Source of the DNA: a virus
DNA: 36,563 bases
Virus record (IMG/VR): IMGVR_UViG_3300029787_000153
Span: 1-36,563 of that record
Direction: 5' to 3' (one strand)
Shown here: positions 24,118 through 32,089 of the stretch, in pieces
How positions within the stretch are numbered: position 1 is the first letter of the stretch
How the letters are laid out: every line of letters begins with the position of its first letter
Translations under genes and position numbers: made by a program
The notes under the pieces: model-generated
Database searches by the model: none
What the model was told of the DNA's origin: nothing
What the model saw: only the letters and a program-made list of their open reading frames with translations

Positions 24118-24138
24118 TGGGTTTGCGTTGGGTTTGCG
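24118..24138 (+). repeat. Two more TGGGTTTGCG repeats, candidate P' arm sites
   Basis: Copies at 24118 and 24129, in the same orientation as the four at 23946..23995. Confidence 0.6.
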
Positions 24139-24140
24139 TT

Positions 24141-24242
24141 CTACTTTTTCCGCGCTTTCCTCATTGGTCGCTTCTTCATTGATCCGCTGCTTTTCTTGCT
24201 ATGGTATCCTGGCATTTGGTTCCTTTCGTCTGGCGGCATCAT
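24141..24242 (-). CDS. Possible 33-aa basic mini-protein
   Basis: The ATG at 24242 makes an ATGA overlap with the upstream stop. Translation is MMPPDERNQMPGYHSKKSSGSMKKRPMRKARKK. Coupling context is the only support. Confidence 0.25.
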   Translation of the reverse strand: MMPPDERNQMPGYHSKKSSGSMKKRPMRKARKK

Positions 24243-24436
24243 AGTTTCAGATGCCTGGGTAAGTTATCAATAATTGCTTTCTGAGCTTCCTCAGTCAAGG
24301 CCGAAAGTGCATTCTTGGAATGCTGTTTCGCCTGGTCGGCGGTCAGGGAATTTCCATCATCCTGGACCGCATCAAAAACCATCTTAGCTCCCCAAGTGAC
24401 GAGCTCTTTTAAAATCATTGCTTCCAATCCTGTCAT
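24239..24436 (-). CDS. Hypothetical protein (65 aa) after the endolysin
   Basis: The ATG at 24436 forms an ATGA overlap with the endolysin stop. The track start is 24448. Confidence 0.45.
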   Translation of the reverse strand: MTGLEAMILKELVTWGAKMVFDAVQDDGNSLTADQAKQHSKNALSALTEEAQKAIIDNLPRHLKL

Positions 24437-24837
24437 AGATAGCTCCATGAATTTGGCCGAGCTGGCCCGGTTAAATCATCCAGGTGGATGAAGCGTTTGT
24501 TCTTCGGTCCATGCAGCTTAAACCCGATCCCGGTGATCCCATGCGCCTGGGCAATCTTGATCAGCTCCAAAGCTTCAGCTCCAAAGATCTGAATATCGAC
24601 CGCGTGGCCGGTCGTATGCGGTCCTGTTCTGCCGGTCGTGGAAACGGTTTCATTGTAGTCAGGATGGCGAAAACCCGAGGTCGGGAACAGAGGCCTCCCG
24701 AAGTCATCTCGGATCAGCTGCAGCCGCTCCATGAATGATTGAGACATATCGCATACCCCAGTGCCTCGGCATTTTAATTCGTTGACCGTAAAGTTTTTTG
24801 TCAGATATTTGTTTGCCATATAAAATCCGAAAACCAT
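24433..24837 (-). CDS. Endolysin, zinc peptidase M15 (VanY/M15A-like)
   Basis: LTKNFTVNELKCRG...SGFRHPDYNETV...GPHTTGHAVDI...KRFIHLDD matches the M15 Zn-ligand layout (H..D ... H.D/HLD, with the H..G.A.D block). 134 aa from ATG 24837 is the typical size. The ORF is open upstream to TTG 24984. Confidence 0.65.
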   Translation of the reverse strand: MVFGFYMANKYLTKNFTVNELKCRGTGVCDMSQSFMERLQLIRDDFGRPLFPTSGFRHPDYNETVSTTGRTGPHTTGHAVDIQIFGAEALELIKIAQAHGITGIGFKLHGPKNKRFIHLDDLTGPARPNSWSYL

Positions 24838-24874
24838 GGTTGTTGATTCTGCCAGAAACTCCCGGCGAGAAATT

Positions 24875-25033
24875 TCATTCGTCCTCGAGAGCTTTCCGGA
24901 CCAAGACCAGAGCTTGGTCGTCCAATCGGTTAGTCGTCCTTTGACAAAGGTGACTAAGGAGGAGCAGGGTAAGGTTGATGACAAAGCGTTCGGAGGATAG
25001 TTTCTGGATGATGGTGGATATAAATTTAGGCAT
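24875..25033 (-). CDS. Possible 52-aa lysis-cassette protein with a short hydrophobic segment
   Basis: The ATG at 25033 makes a TAATG overlap with the holin-like stop. Translation is MPKFISTIIQKLSSERFVINLTLLLLSHLCQRTTNRLDDQALVLVRKALEDE. It competes with the TTG-extended endolysin frame. Confidence 0.3.
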   Translation of the reverse strand: MPKFISTIIQKLSSERFVINLTLLLLSHLCQRTTNRLDDQALVLVRKALEDE

Positions 25034-25248
25034 TAGGTTTTTCCATTTGAGGAATCGTTGGCTTCGGTCGAGTCGAACCAATAGCCAACCGTTTGGGAAA
25101 GCTGGGTCGCGGATGCGCCCACAATAACACTCGAAATCGTTTGCATCGATTCTGGAATTTCAACCATAAATATCAGCAGTAAATTAGTCATAAAGATTGC
25201 CATCAAGACCAGAGTCAAAAGGGCGCGGACGACTAGCTTTGCATTCAT
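25033..25248 (-). CDS. Holin-like membrane protein
   Basis: 71 aa with a strong TM (LVVRALLTLVLMAIFMTNLLLIFMV), a second amphipathic segment ending GYWF, and a polar tail. It lies immediately upstream of the endolysin. Confidence 0.45.
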   Translation of the reverse strand: MNAKLVVRALLTLVLMAIFMTNLLLIFMVEIPESMQTISSVIVGASATQLSQTVGYWFDSTEANDSSNGKT

Positions 25249-25622
25249 TTTCTTATATGCTCCAGCTCACGCTCAATGCCTTCCAAATGATCTTTCTGCT
25301 CGGTCAAAGTCGTGTTTGTTTTTTCTATCAATGAGATCAATCGCCCTTCAAGCTCACGGCGATCTTCGCGAGCAATGGTTCCCTGTTTCCATATAAACCA
25401 AGACAAGAAAATTAAACCAACTCCTGCAATTCCCTGGTTTAAAAGAACCTCGAGTATTTTTTCAGTAGAATCCTTGTCGGTTTCTTGATGATGAGGCACT
25501 CGAGAATATTCAGGACGTCGGTCTTCATAATGACCGTCTCGGTGCTCTCGAGCTATAAGCTGATCCGCAAATACTGGCGCAACCCAAAGGCAAATAATTG
25601 CGAAAATAGTTATTCTCATCAA
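25245..25622 (-). CDS. Membrane protein of the lysis cassette (signal-like N-terminus, internal TM, coiled-coil C-terminus)
   Basis: MMRITIFAIICLWVAPVFA-DQ, then a His/charged region, the TM GIAGVGLIFLSWFIW and a charged helical tail. ATGA overlaps on both sides. Confidence 0.5.
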   Translation of the reverse strand: MMRITIFAIICLWVAPVFADQLIAREHRDGHYEDRRPEYSRVPHHQETDKDSTEKILEVLLNQGIAGVGLIFLSWFIWKQGTIAREDRRELEGRLISLIEKTNTTLTEQKDHLEGIERELEHIRK

Positions 25623-28054
25623 AGAGTTTGCGCTGATTGAAATTGAGTCTGTAATTCTGTTGGATTCATTTTCCGATTCCGAGCTGGCGGCCCCATCTTT
25701 TCCGCGTTTTCCATATACATCTGCTGCATCTGATTGGTGTACCTTAGCGAGGCATTCATGCGAGCCTGAAAGAATCGGGAAAGACTATTCCGGACAACCG
25801 TATCCAGGTTCCGGTTGCGTGTCATAACACGCTCCACAAGCATTTTCATCTGGGCTTGATAGAGTGCAGGATAGACCGCTTGCATGGCTTCGACGTGCTC
25901 AGGCTGGAGCGATCCCTGAGCGATCATCGGAAGCACCAGGTTTGGATTATCGACGATCGTTTTGTACCGGTTAAATTTCAAAATTTCGGAAAATCTCGGG
26001 ACCTCCTCAGTCGGATTGAAGACCAGCTCCGATGGTGCTGTCGTTGATTTCGGAAGTTTCGAGTGCAGGAAGCTGACTCCGTTTGCCATCGTGTTCGCGA
26101 CCGATTGGTTCAGAGTCTGATCTCCTTCGACCTCCGGAAGCATTGCCAGGAATCTCGGGTAAAGTGCCTGGGGATTTCCGTTTAGGTTATCGAGCTGGTT
26201 CCTGGTCTTGATGAATTCCTCAATGGTTTTCTCGGGGCTGTCTGGGATCGGATTAGTAACCTTGACGCCAGCAGCAGCTCCTCCTTTTAATATTAAAGAG
26301 ACTCCTGCATCCATAGCCTTCTGAGATTTATCTGCCAGGTTCAGCATCCCGCCGTAGTCAGAAATTCTGTTTAGGGTCCTGGCAAAAAGCAGCTCCCCAT
26401 TGTCTCGAATAAATTTCCGGGCAAGTGCAGTTCCTGCGAAGGTTGCAGCAGCTCCCAGGCCTCCGGTCAGAACCGAATCAGCTGCACCGAAAACGCCGCC
26501 TCCCAGGCCTGCTCCAACAATGTATGAAGTGAGTGGAAGACGTGCATTGTTTGCTTGCCGAGCAGCTGCTCCTTGAGAAAAGAAATGGAGATTCTTCAGA
26601 GTTGCGTAAACGTCTTTGGCTTCCAGGAAATTTGCATAGGTATCGGATTTGATACCCTTCGTATTGGATAATCGATTCCCGATCGCAGCCAGGGCATTTT
26701 CAGATTCCTCCCGAATGATGTTCGCCATTGATTCGTAATGGGCAAAATTATCCGGGTTCTTTTTAAAGTTGGCGAGCTCGCGCTGGTAGAATCGTTTCAG
26801 CTCCTCTGAGTCTCGGAAATTGAGAGTCTTGCCTCTCATCCCTAGCTTCTGAGAAATTGCCTTTGCAATTGGATTCATGTTCTTCCAGGCAATATCCCGG
26901 AAGTCTTCAATGGCTTGTCTGGCATTTTTAATCCGCGCATTCTGTACGGCATCATCGACAAGGCCTGCACCCATGGCTCGCGGGTTATCCACAATTTCCC
27001 TAATCATCCTGTCGGCAATCGTGTCGGGATCAAATTTGAGGTCGTCAAGATACTGTCCCGACTTCGCCATCTTTGACTCAACGTCGGTAATAATATCGTC
27101 AAGCCGCTTTCCATAATATGGAAGCAGATCATCTTCGAGCTGCATCAGAAGTGCTTCAGGATCATCAAGGTTTTTGACAATCCCCTTCTTGTCAAGATTC
27201 GCGAGCTTGGCACCAAATTCGTTTGCTCCCCGGGAATAATTTCCATGCCTGGTGATTTTATTCCACTCAGTTTTTTTAGGATCCAGGGTTCGATAATATG
27301 CGCGGTCCCTGGCAAACTTCAGCGCGGATCCGCCCTTGCTCAGAGCTGTCGCGATCCCGCCGACTAGACCCCCTGCTATACCTCCAAACCCGGCACCGGC
27401 AATGATATGTTCTGAGAATTCTGGACGTCTTTCCGGATCATCCAAGATCTGAGAAGAAACTGCATAAGGAACCCCGACGACTGCGCCCTCGGCTGCACCT
27501 CCGACCGCCCCTTTGACGACCCGAGTATTGAGCGGAGACGCCAGGGTTCTTAAAGCTTTTTTGTTGGAAGCTGCTTTGGAAATCGAACCAACAAGTTTTT
27601 GAGCTCCCCGAGCTGCACCCCTGGCGACCAGGGAGGTCCCTCCAAAAGGGAAAACCAATCCACCGAGTTCTCCAGCTGTCGTCGCAATTGGATTGAGCTC
27701 CCGGTGCATCCTAATCTCTTCATCTGTAAATCCGAGATTCTGAAGGGCCATATCTGAAAGACCAAAGGACATGGTCCTGAGAGCTCCCAGGCCTGCCGAA
27801 GTAAATGGAGAATCGCTGACCGTGGCTTTGAGATCCTCAGTTTCAACTAGGTCAACCGGAGCATATCGATAGCCTGCTCGAAGTGCTGCATAGGCTTTGT
27901 CAGCCGGGAAATCGTAAAGGGTATCATCATCCCCAACCAAGGTGACTTTATCACCCTGGAGGAATGCATAGTTCCCGGATGCAATCAGATCTTCGACGCG
28001 AGAATCATCGACGTTGACCGCCGATTCGGTTTGATAATCGTAAAGTCTAGCCAC
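25619..28054 (-). CDS. Large internal virion/ejection-type protein with glycine-zipper hydrophobic segments (811 aa)
   Basis: GTG start with a GAGGA SD. Several G/A-rich TM-like stretches: GELGGLVFPFGGTSLVARGAARGA, GAVGGAAEGAVVGVPYAV, IIAGAGFGGIAGGLVGGIATAL and YIVGAGLGGGVFGAADSVLTGGLGAAATFAGTALA. It is the last of three large genes after the nozzle-like gene. Confidence 0.5.
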   Translation of the reverse strand: MARLYDYQTESAVNVDDSRVEDLIASGNYAFLQGDKVTLVGDDDTLYDFPADKAYAALRAGYRYAPVDLVETEDLKATVSDSPFTSAGLGALRTMSFGLSDMALQNLGFTDEEIRMHRELNPIATTAGELGGLVFPFGGTSLVARGAARGAQKLVGSISKAASNKKALRTLASPLNTRVVKGAVGGAAEGAVVGVPYAVSSQILDDPERRPEFSEHIIAGAGFGGIAGGLVGGIATALSKGGSALKFARDRAYYRTLDPKKTEWNKITRHGNYSRGANEFGAKLANLDKKGIVKNLDDPEALLMQLEDDLLPYYGKRLDDIITDVESKMAKSGQYLDDLKFDPDTIADRMIREIVDNPRAMGAGLVDDAVQNARIKNARQAIEDFRDIAWKNMNPIAKAISQKLGMRGKTLNFRDSEELKRFYQRELANFKKNPDNFAHYESMANIIREESENALAAIGNRLSNTKGIKSDTYANFLEAKDVYATLKNLHFFSQGAAARQANNARLPLTSYIVGAGLGGGVFGAADSVLTGGLGAAATFAGTALARKFIRDNGELLFARTLNRISDYGGMLNLADKSQKAMDAGVSLILKGGAAAGVKVTNPIPDSPEKTIEEFIKTRNQLDNLNGNPQALYPRFLAMLPEVEGDQTLNQSVANTMANGVSFLHSKLPKSTTAPSELVFNPTEEVPRFSEILKFNRYKTIVDNPNLVLPMIAQGSLQPEHVEAMQAVYPALYQAQMKMLVERVMTRNRNLDTVVRNSLSRFFQARMNASLRYTNQMQQMYMENAEKMGPPARNRKMNPTELQTQFQSAQTL

Positions 28055-29930
28055 CCGCGTTCCTCACTGTTCCACCAAAATCTGAAGCATTAGGAATTTT
28101 ATTTCTCCTCGGCATTCCTTTTGGAGGCATCCCTTCCTGAACAAATCCGTAATCTACTGGAGTGACCGGCACAAATTGGTTTGCATCCTGGAACCCTTTT
28201 AGGCGTGATTCATAATCATTGGGAAGGGTTTCAAGTGCAGATTTCAATTCACCTAGCCCGATGGTGAATACATCCTCTTCCGGAATTACTCGATTGATCA
28301 TGACTTTCTCGGTCGGCGTCAATGCAGCTCCGCCCTTCATTATGTCATTCTTATATACACCCCAGAGGGATCCAACGAGCTGCCTTAGTTCGATATAATC
28401 TTTGCCCTGAGCTTTCTTAATTCCAGCTGCAGATTGAGCAAGCAGATTTGCCGTGCCGACTTTGTTGAATAAGTTCAGAGCTCTTTCGCGTAGTTCTTCG
28501 ATTGAGCGAACAGCAGTCATCATTTTTCTTCCATCTTTAAGCGCATCCTTAATACCCTGAGAATCTTTAATTGAGGTTACTCCAAGGCCTGGGACATACT
28601 TGTCTCCAAATTCTTTTTTAGAATCTGCGACAGCTTGATACTGCTTAACCATTAAAGTTTCTAAGGCTATAGCCATTTGCTGATCAGATCTTTCACGCGC
28701 TTCCACAATCCCGCTTTTGATTCCTTCCACCGTCGCGATCTGACTCTCGACAGCTGCTCGGTTCTTTAAGGATGCCAGCGCACTGTCGGAAGCATTCTGG
28801 GCCAACTGAAGCATCCTTCCGCGTTCCTGGATCAGATTCAGCTGCTGCCGTTCTGCAGACTTCTGTCGGAAATCCCGGTCGTCTTTAAATTTTGCCAGGT
28901 GATCATCGATGGTTTTGTTGATGATCTGGAGAGCGAAGTTTGGCGTCCCTGTTATGGATGCAGCACCAGCTCCGAGAGCAGCTGCAATGACCGCCCAAAA
29001 CTTATTTGCTCCGGTTATCGCAGGACCTGGTTTTTCTTCAGCGATCGCGTTGATGCTGTCTTCGTATGTATCGATTTCATTCTTTATGTCATTGGCGAGA
29101 TTGACGTAGTTCTGTTTTTCAGTTTCAAAAAAATAAAAGGATCCTTCGGTGAATTCATCACCTTCATAGATATCCTGGAGCTCCATCAATTTATCAATGA
29201 CGCCGTCATAGGTTTCGAGTCCATATCCATAGGGATCCGAAATGCTGACGATGTTTTTCCCTTCCAGGTATCCATCGGTTTGCTTCATATCAACCGGCAT
29301 GGAACCTGGTTCCTCAACCACTTCCTCCTCAACGATCTCGACGTCTTCCATAGGATCAATTACTGGCTTAGGATCCTTCAGGAGTTCTTCTTCTTCTTTT
29401 TGCTCAGTTGTTTTGCTCCCGAATATTTTTTGTTCCAATTCACCAGGTTCGCCCGGGCGGTCTTCGTCGGATCCTGCTGTCCCAGGAAGTGTCGATTCTT
29501 GGAATACAGCACTTTTTGTGGAATCTACTTCCGGGGTTTCGACGGTCGTTTCTTCCTCCATAACATCGGGGCCGAGCATTCTATTCAATCGATTAATTCC
29601 TATTGTCTCAGATCGTTCAAATCCACGGTCAAGGAATTGTTCTTTCCGCGCTATCTGTCCAGCTGCTTTGTCGTATTCTTCCTGGGTCGGATCCGGGAAA
29701 GCATCCATGGCCCAGTTGATATACTGGTTTTCCTCAGTAACCGGGGCAGCTTCTTCTTCAACTGTAAGAGTTTCCCTGAATACTTCAGGCGGACCAAATT
29801 CTTCCTGGAGTTGTGCGTCTCTTGGGTGCTTATTTGGATCAAATACTATGGTCGGATGATTAATGAGCTGCTCATATAGATTGCGCCGCATATCCTTATA
29901 TTCTTCACCTTTTGGAAGTTCAAAAGCCAT
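28047..29930 (-). CDS. Large internal virion/ejection-type protein (627 aa)
   Basis: The ATG at 29930 has a GGGAGGG SD and a TGATG overlap with the upstream stop. Highly acidic N-terminal half, one TM-like segment (FWAVIAAALGAGAASITG) and a helical C-terminal half. Confidence 0.45.
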   Translation of the reverse strand: MAFELPKGEEYKDMRRNLYEQLINHPTIVFDPNKHPRDAQLQEEFGPPEVFRETLTVEEEAAPVTEENQYINWAMDAFPDPTQEEYDKAAGQIARKEQFLDRGFERSETIGINRLNRMLGPDVMEEETTVETPEVDSTKSAVFQESTLPGTAGSDEDRPGEPGELEQKIFGSKTTEQKEEEELLKDPKPVIDPMEDVEIVEEEVVEEPGSMPVDMKQTDGYLEGKNIVSISDPYGYGLETYDGVIDKLMELQDIYEGDEFTEGSFYFFETEKQNYVNLANDIKNEIDTYEDSINAIAEEKPGPAITGANKFWAVIAAALGAGAASITGTPNFALQIINKTIDDHLAKFKDDRDFRQKSAERQQLNLIQERGRMLQLAQNASDSALASLKNRAAVESQIATVEGIKSGIVEARERSDQQMAIALETLMVKQYQAVADSKKEFGDKYVPGLGVTSIKDSQGIKDALKDGRKMMTAVRSIEELRERALNLFNKVGTANLLAQSAAGIKKAQGKDYIELRQLVGSLWGVYKNDIMKGGAALTPTEKVMINRVIPEEDVFTIGLGELKSALETLPNDYESRLKGFQDANQFVPVTPVDYGFVQEGMPPKGMPRRNKIPNASDFGGTVRNAGG

Positions 29931-32089
29931 CACGCCCTCCCTTCGAGCTGCTTCGTTCGTTTATGCAGATTCGCCTGAGCGGCCATGACTGCTGCAAGAC
30001 CCTGGTTCATATCAAGCTGCTTCCCGCGAGGTCCATTTGAAACCATGGCATTCCCCATCGGCCCCCCGCGCTCGGCATCTTGGGCCATGATTCCTATCAG
30101 CAGTCCAGAGTCTCTACCGATCGCTTTTGGATCCTTGTATTCATATTGGTATGCATCAATCGCATCAAGGAACTGCTCGATCTCCCGGTCTCCGGAGCTG
30201 ATGTTCTGCTTCATCATTTCGTCGGAACTGAGCTTTGCATAGGCTGCGATACCGGTTGCAATCATATTCAACCACATACCGGTTCCTTCATTTCTTGCTT
30301 GAGCTGATTTATATTTTGCTGTCAGATCTGCGATGTATCGTTTCGTCGCGTCATCCATCTCAGCCAGATCCCGGGTCAGCTCAAATCCCATCAGCTTCAG
30401 ATCTTTCTCCATCTCTGCCATATCGATCTTAACTTCCAAACCATAGAACTCTTTTTTCCCACGGTAGGCTTCAATTGCAAGGGCGTCGTCCATGCCTCGA
30501 GACTTGATCCCGAGCTCGGCGTTGATGGTCGCAATGGTGAGATTCTTCTGCATATTTGCCAGCTCGGTTGCAACCTCGAGCTCACCGTTTTTGATGGCAA
30601 CTTGTTTTTCAGCTTCTAGGTTTGCGAGTCTAGTTTTGAGCTCCGTATCTGCTTCCGCCAGGACGGAGGTCAGCTTCATCTGGGCATTGCCAATCTTGCG
30701 GACCTGGTCCAGATCTGCATTCTGAAAAGCGGTCTGACGTCGTGATTCAAGATCTGCGAGGGCAAGCTTTGCCTCTCGGCCTCCATCAATCTCGATCAGC
30801 TGAATCATTTGCTGACGTGCAGCTGCTTCTTCCTGGGATCGAAGTGCAGCAGTGTCGCGGATCAGAATATTACCCTGCTCGGCCCATGCTGTCTGAAGCT
30901 GTCTACGTTTCTCCGGAGCAGCCTCGGTTCCAGCGATCGCGCTGAGGAAGGAGTTCATCAGATTTTCAGATTCTCTCCTGGCTTGCTGCTGGGCTGGGGA
31001 ATCCCTTCGGCCCATGATCGTCTCATAAAGGACTTCGAACAGCTGATCCGATTTCCCTCGGACCTTGTCAGTAAATTGACGGTCATAAAGAACTTCGTCA
31101 GTATCACGATCAAATCCGAATTCTCCGATCGTTGTCTGGGTAACCTCTTCAGGTGCTTGGATCGTCGGTGCTTCTATCGGAGTTGGTGCTGCGATATCGG
31201 TCCTGGTTGCATCATCAACCTGGTCAGTAACCTGAATAGCGTCCCTGGAAAACTGCTGAATTTCTTCAGGCGTGAGCTCGAAAGCTTCAAACCGTTGTGC
31301 CTTTTCCCGGGCCATGTTCCAAAGGCCTTCAATGGTCCTGGTTCCCAGACGCGCATAGGTCCCAGAAGCTGCGCCGCCGTCTGCAATAAATTGCTGATAT
31401 GTTTTATTCAGATTGGTGTAATTCCCGGTCTCATCTTTCAGCATCAGCTGATTGTAAAGGTCCTGCCCTGCTTCAACGACCTGGTTTGCTGCATCTTTTT
31501 GAGCAGCTGCCATCTGCTTATCCCAGTGAGCCTTAATTTCATCATCAGACAGATGCTTGAAGGTTCCTGCTTCTGATTTCTTGGAATCAAAGTCATCATC
31601 GATGGTGATGGCCCCCCAGTTCCCTGCAAGACTCGAACGCTCGGCATCGATTTCAACATTGGCAGCATTGGCTTCCGCCTGAGTGTTATATTCCCGACCT
31701 AGCTTGTCCTTGTATTTTGGCGGAGGCGGAGGAGGTTGGTTGTTGTTGTCGTCGTTGTCGCTACTTGAATGGTCATGAATTGGATTGTCTAACCCTGAAG
31801 AAGCAAGAGTTCCGTATGTAGAAGATGGGTTGTCAAATCCTTCTGTTTCTTCATCTTCTCCACCTCTACCACTATCATCCTCTTCAAAACTCCGTAGTCC
31901 GGTCATGGGATCGATTTGGCCTGACGTATTCGGCAGGGAGGCGAGAAGCGATTCCTCCATCGTGTTCACCATGACCGGTTTGTGCATCTGACCGCCGAGG
32001 GTCAAACCTTCATTTTTGGCTCGGTAGATGTTCAGGAGCTCCTGCAGCTCCTCCGGTTTCATATCTCGCAGGACTGTAAAATTATCCAT
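29930..32089 (-). CDS. Coiled-coil protein (719 aa) with a C-terminal S74-like intramolecular-chaperone domain
   Basis: The last 99 aa read SSDEMMKQNISSGDREIEQFLDAIDAYQYEYKD...GLLIGIMAQDAE...QLDMNQGLAAVMAAQANLHKRTKQLEG. They align motif for motif with the S74 domain of the 281-aa fibre in this genome. Poly-N/poly-P linker (DNDDNNNQPPPPPPKYK). Confidence 0.55.
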   Translation of the reverse strand: MDNFTVLRDMKPEELQELLNIYRAKNEGLTLGGQMHKPVMVNTMEESLLASLPNTSGQIDPMTGLRSFEEDDSGRGGEDEETEGFDNPSSTYGTLASSGLDNPIHDHSSSDNDDNNNQPPPPPPKYKDKLGREYNTQAEANAANVEIDAERSSLAGNWGAITIDDDFDSKKSEAGTFKHLSDDEIKAHWDKQMAAAQKDAANQVVEAGQDLYNQLMLKDETGNYTNLNKTYQQFIADGGAASGTYARLGTRTIEGLWNMAREKAQRFEAFELTPEEIQQFSRDAIQVTDQVDDATRTDIAAPTPIEAPTIQAPEEVTQTTIGEFGFDRDTDEVLYDRQFTDKVRGKSDQLFEVLYETIMGRRDSPAQQQARRESENLMNSFLSAIAGTEAAPEKRRQLQTAWAEQGNILIRDTAALRSQEEAAARQQMIQLIEIDGGREAKLALADLESRRQTAFQNADLDQVRKIGNAQMKLTSVLAEADTELKTRLANLEAEKQVAIKNGELEVATELANMQKNLTIATINAELGIKSRGMDDALAIEAYRGKKEFYGLEVKIDMAEMEKDLKLMGFELTRDLAEMDDATKRYIADLTAKYKSAQARNEGTGMWLNMIATGIAAYAKLSSDEMMKQNISSGDREIEQFLDAIDAYQYEYKDPKAIGRDSGLLIGIMAQDAERGGPMGNAMVSNGPRGKQLDMNQGLAAVMAAQANLHKRTKQLEGRA

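Noticed and set aside
24082-24273. Plus-strand 63-aa ORF across the attP right arm
   Set aside because: It opens at a non-ATG start inside the terminator hairpin, overlaps the arm repeats and the minus-strand mini-ORF, and gives a hydrophobic low-complexity translation with no SD.
24838-24984. Twin-arginine (Tat) signal on the endolysin (SRREFLAESTTMVFGFYMA)
   Set aside because: It requires a TTG start with no SD. The hydrophobic h-region is short and interrupted by E/S/T/T. No AxA-type cleavage site is present. The 134-aa form from ATG 24837 matches the usual size of M15 endolysins. It is kept only as a note in the lysis finding.
28899-29879. Long plus-strand ORFs antisense to structural genes (28899..29879 326 aa, 30809..31576 255 aa, 29242..29859, 1977..2528, 3384..3851, 7271..7777, 8017..8517, 14688..15176, 32170..32592)
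   Set aside because: All lie entirely inside confidently coding minus-strand genes. Their translations are low-complexity or Ser/Pro/Leu/Phe-rich and lack SD sequences. They are typical shadow ORFs of the opposite strand.
29930-32089. 719-aa coiled-coil protein as a tape measure protein (siphovirus or myovirus tail)
   Set aside because: No tail tube, sheath, tail-assembly chaperone frameshift pair or baseplate genes are recognisable. The protein ends in an S74-type domain and is followed by ejection-type proteins. A podovirus-type tail is the more economical reading.
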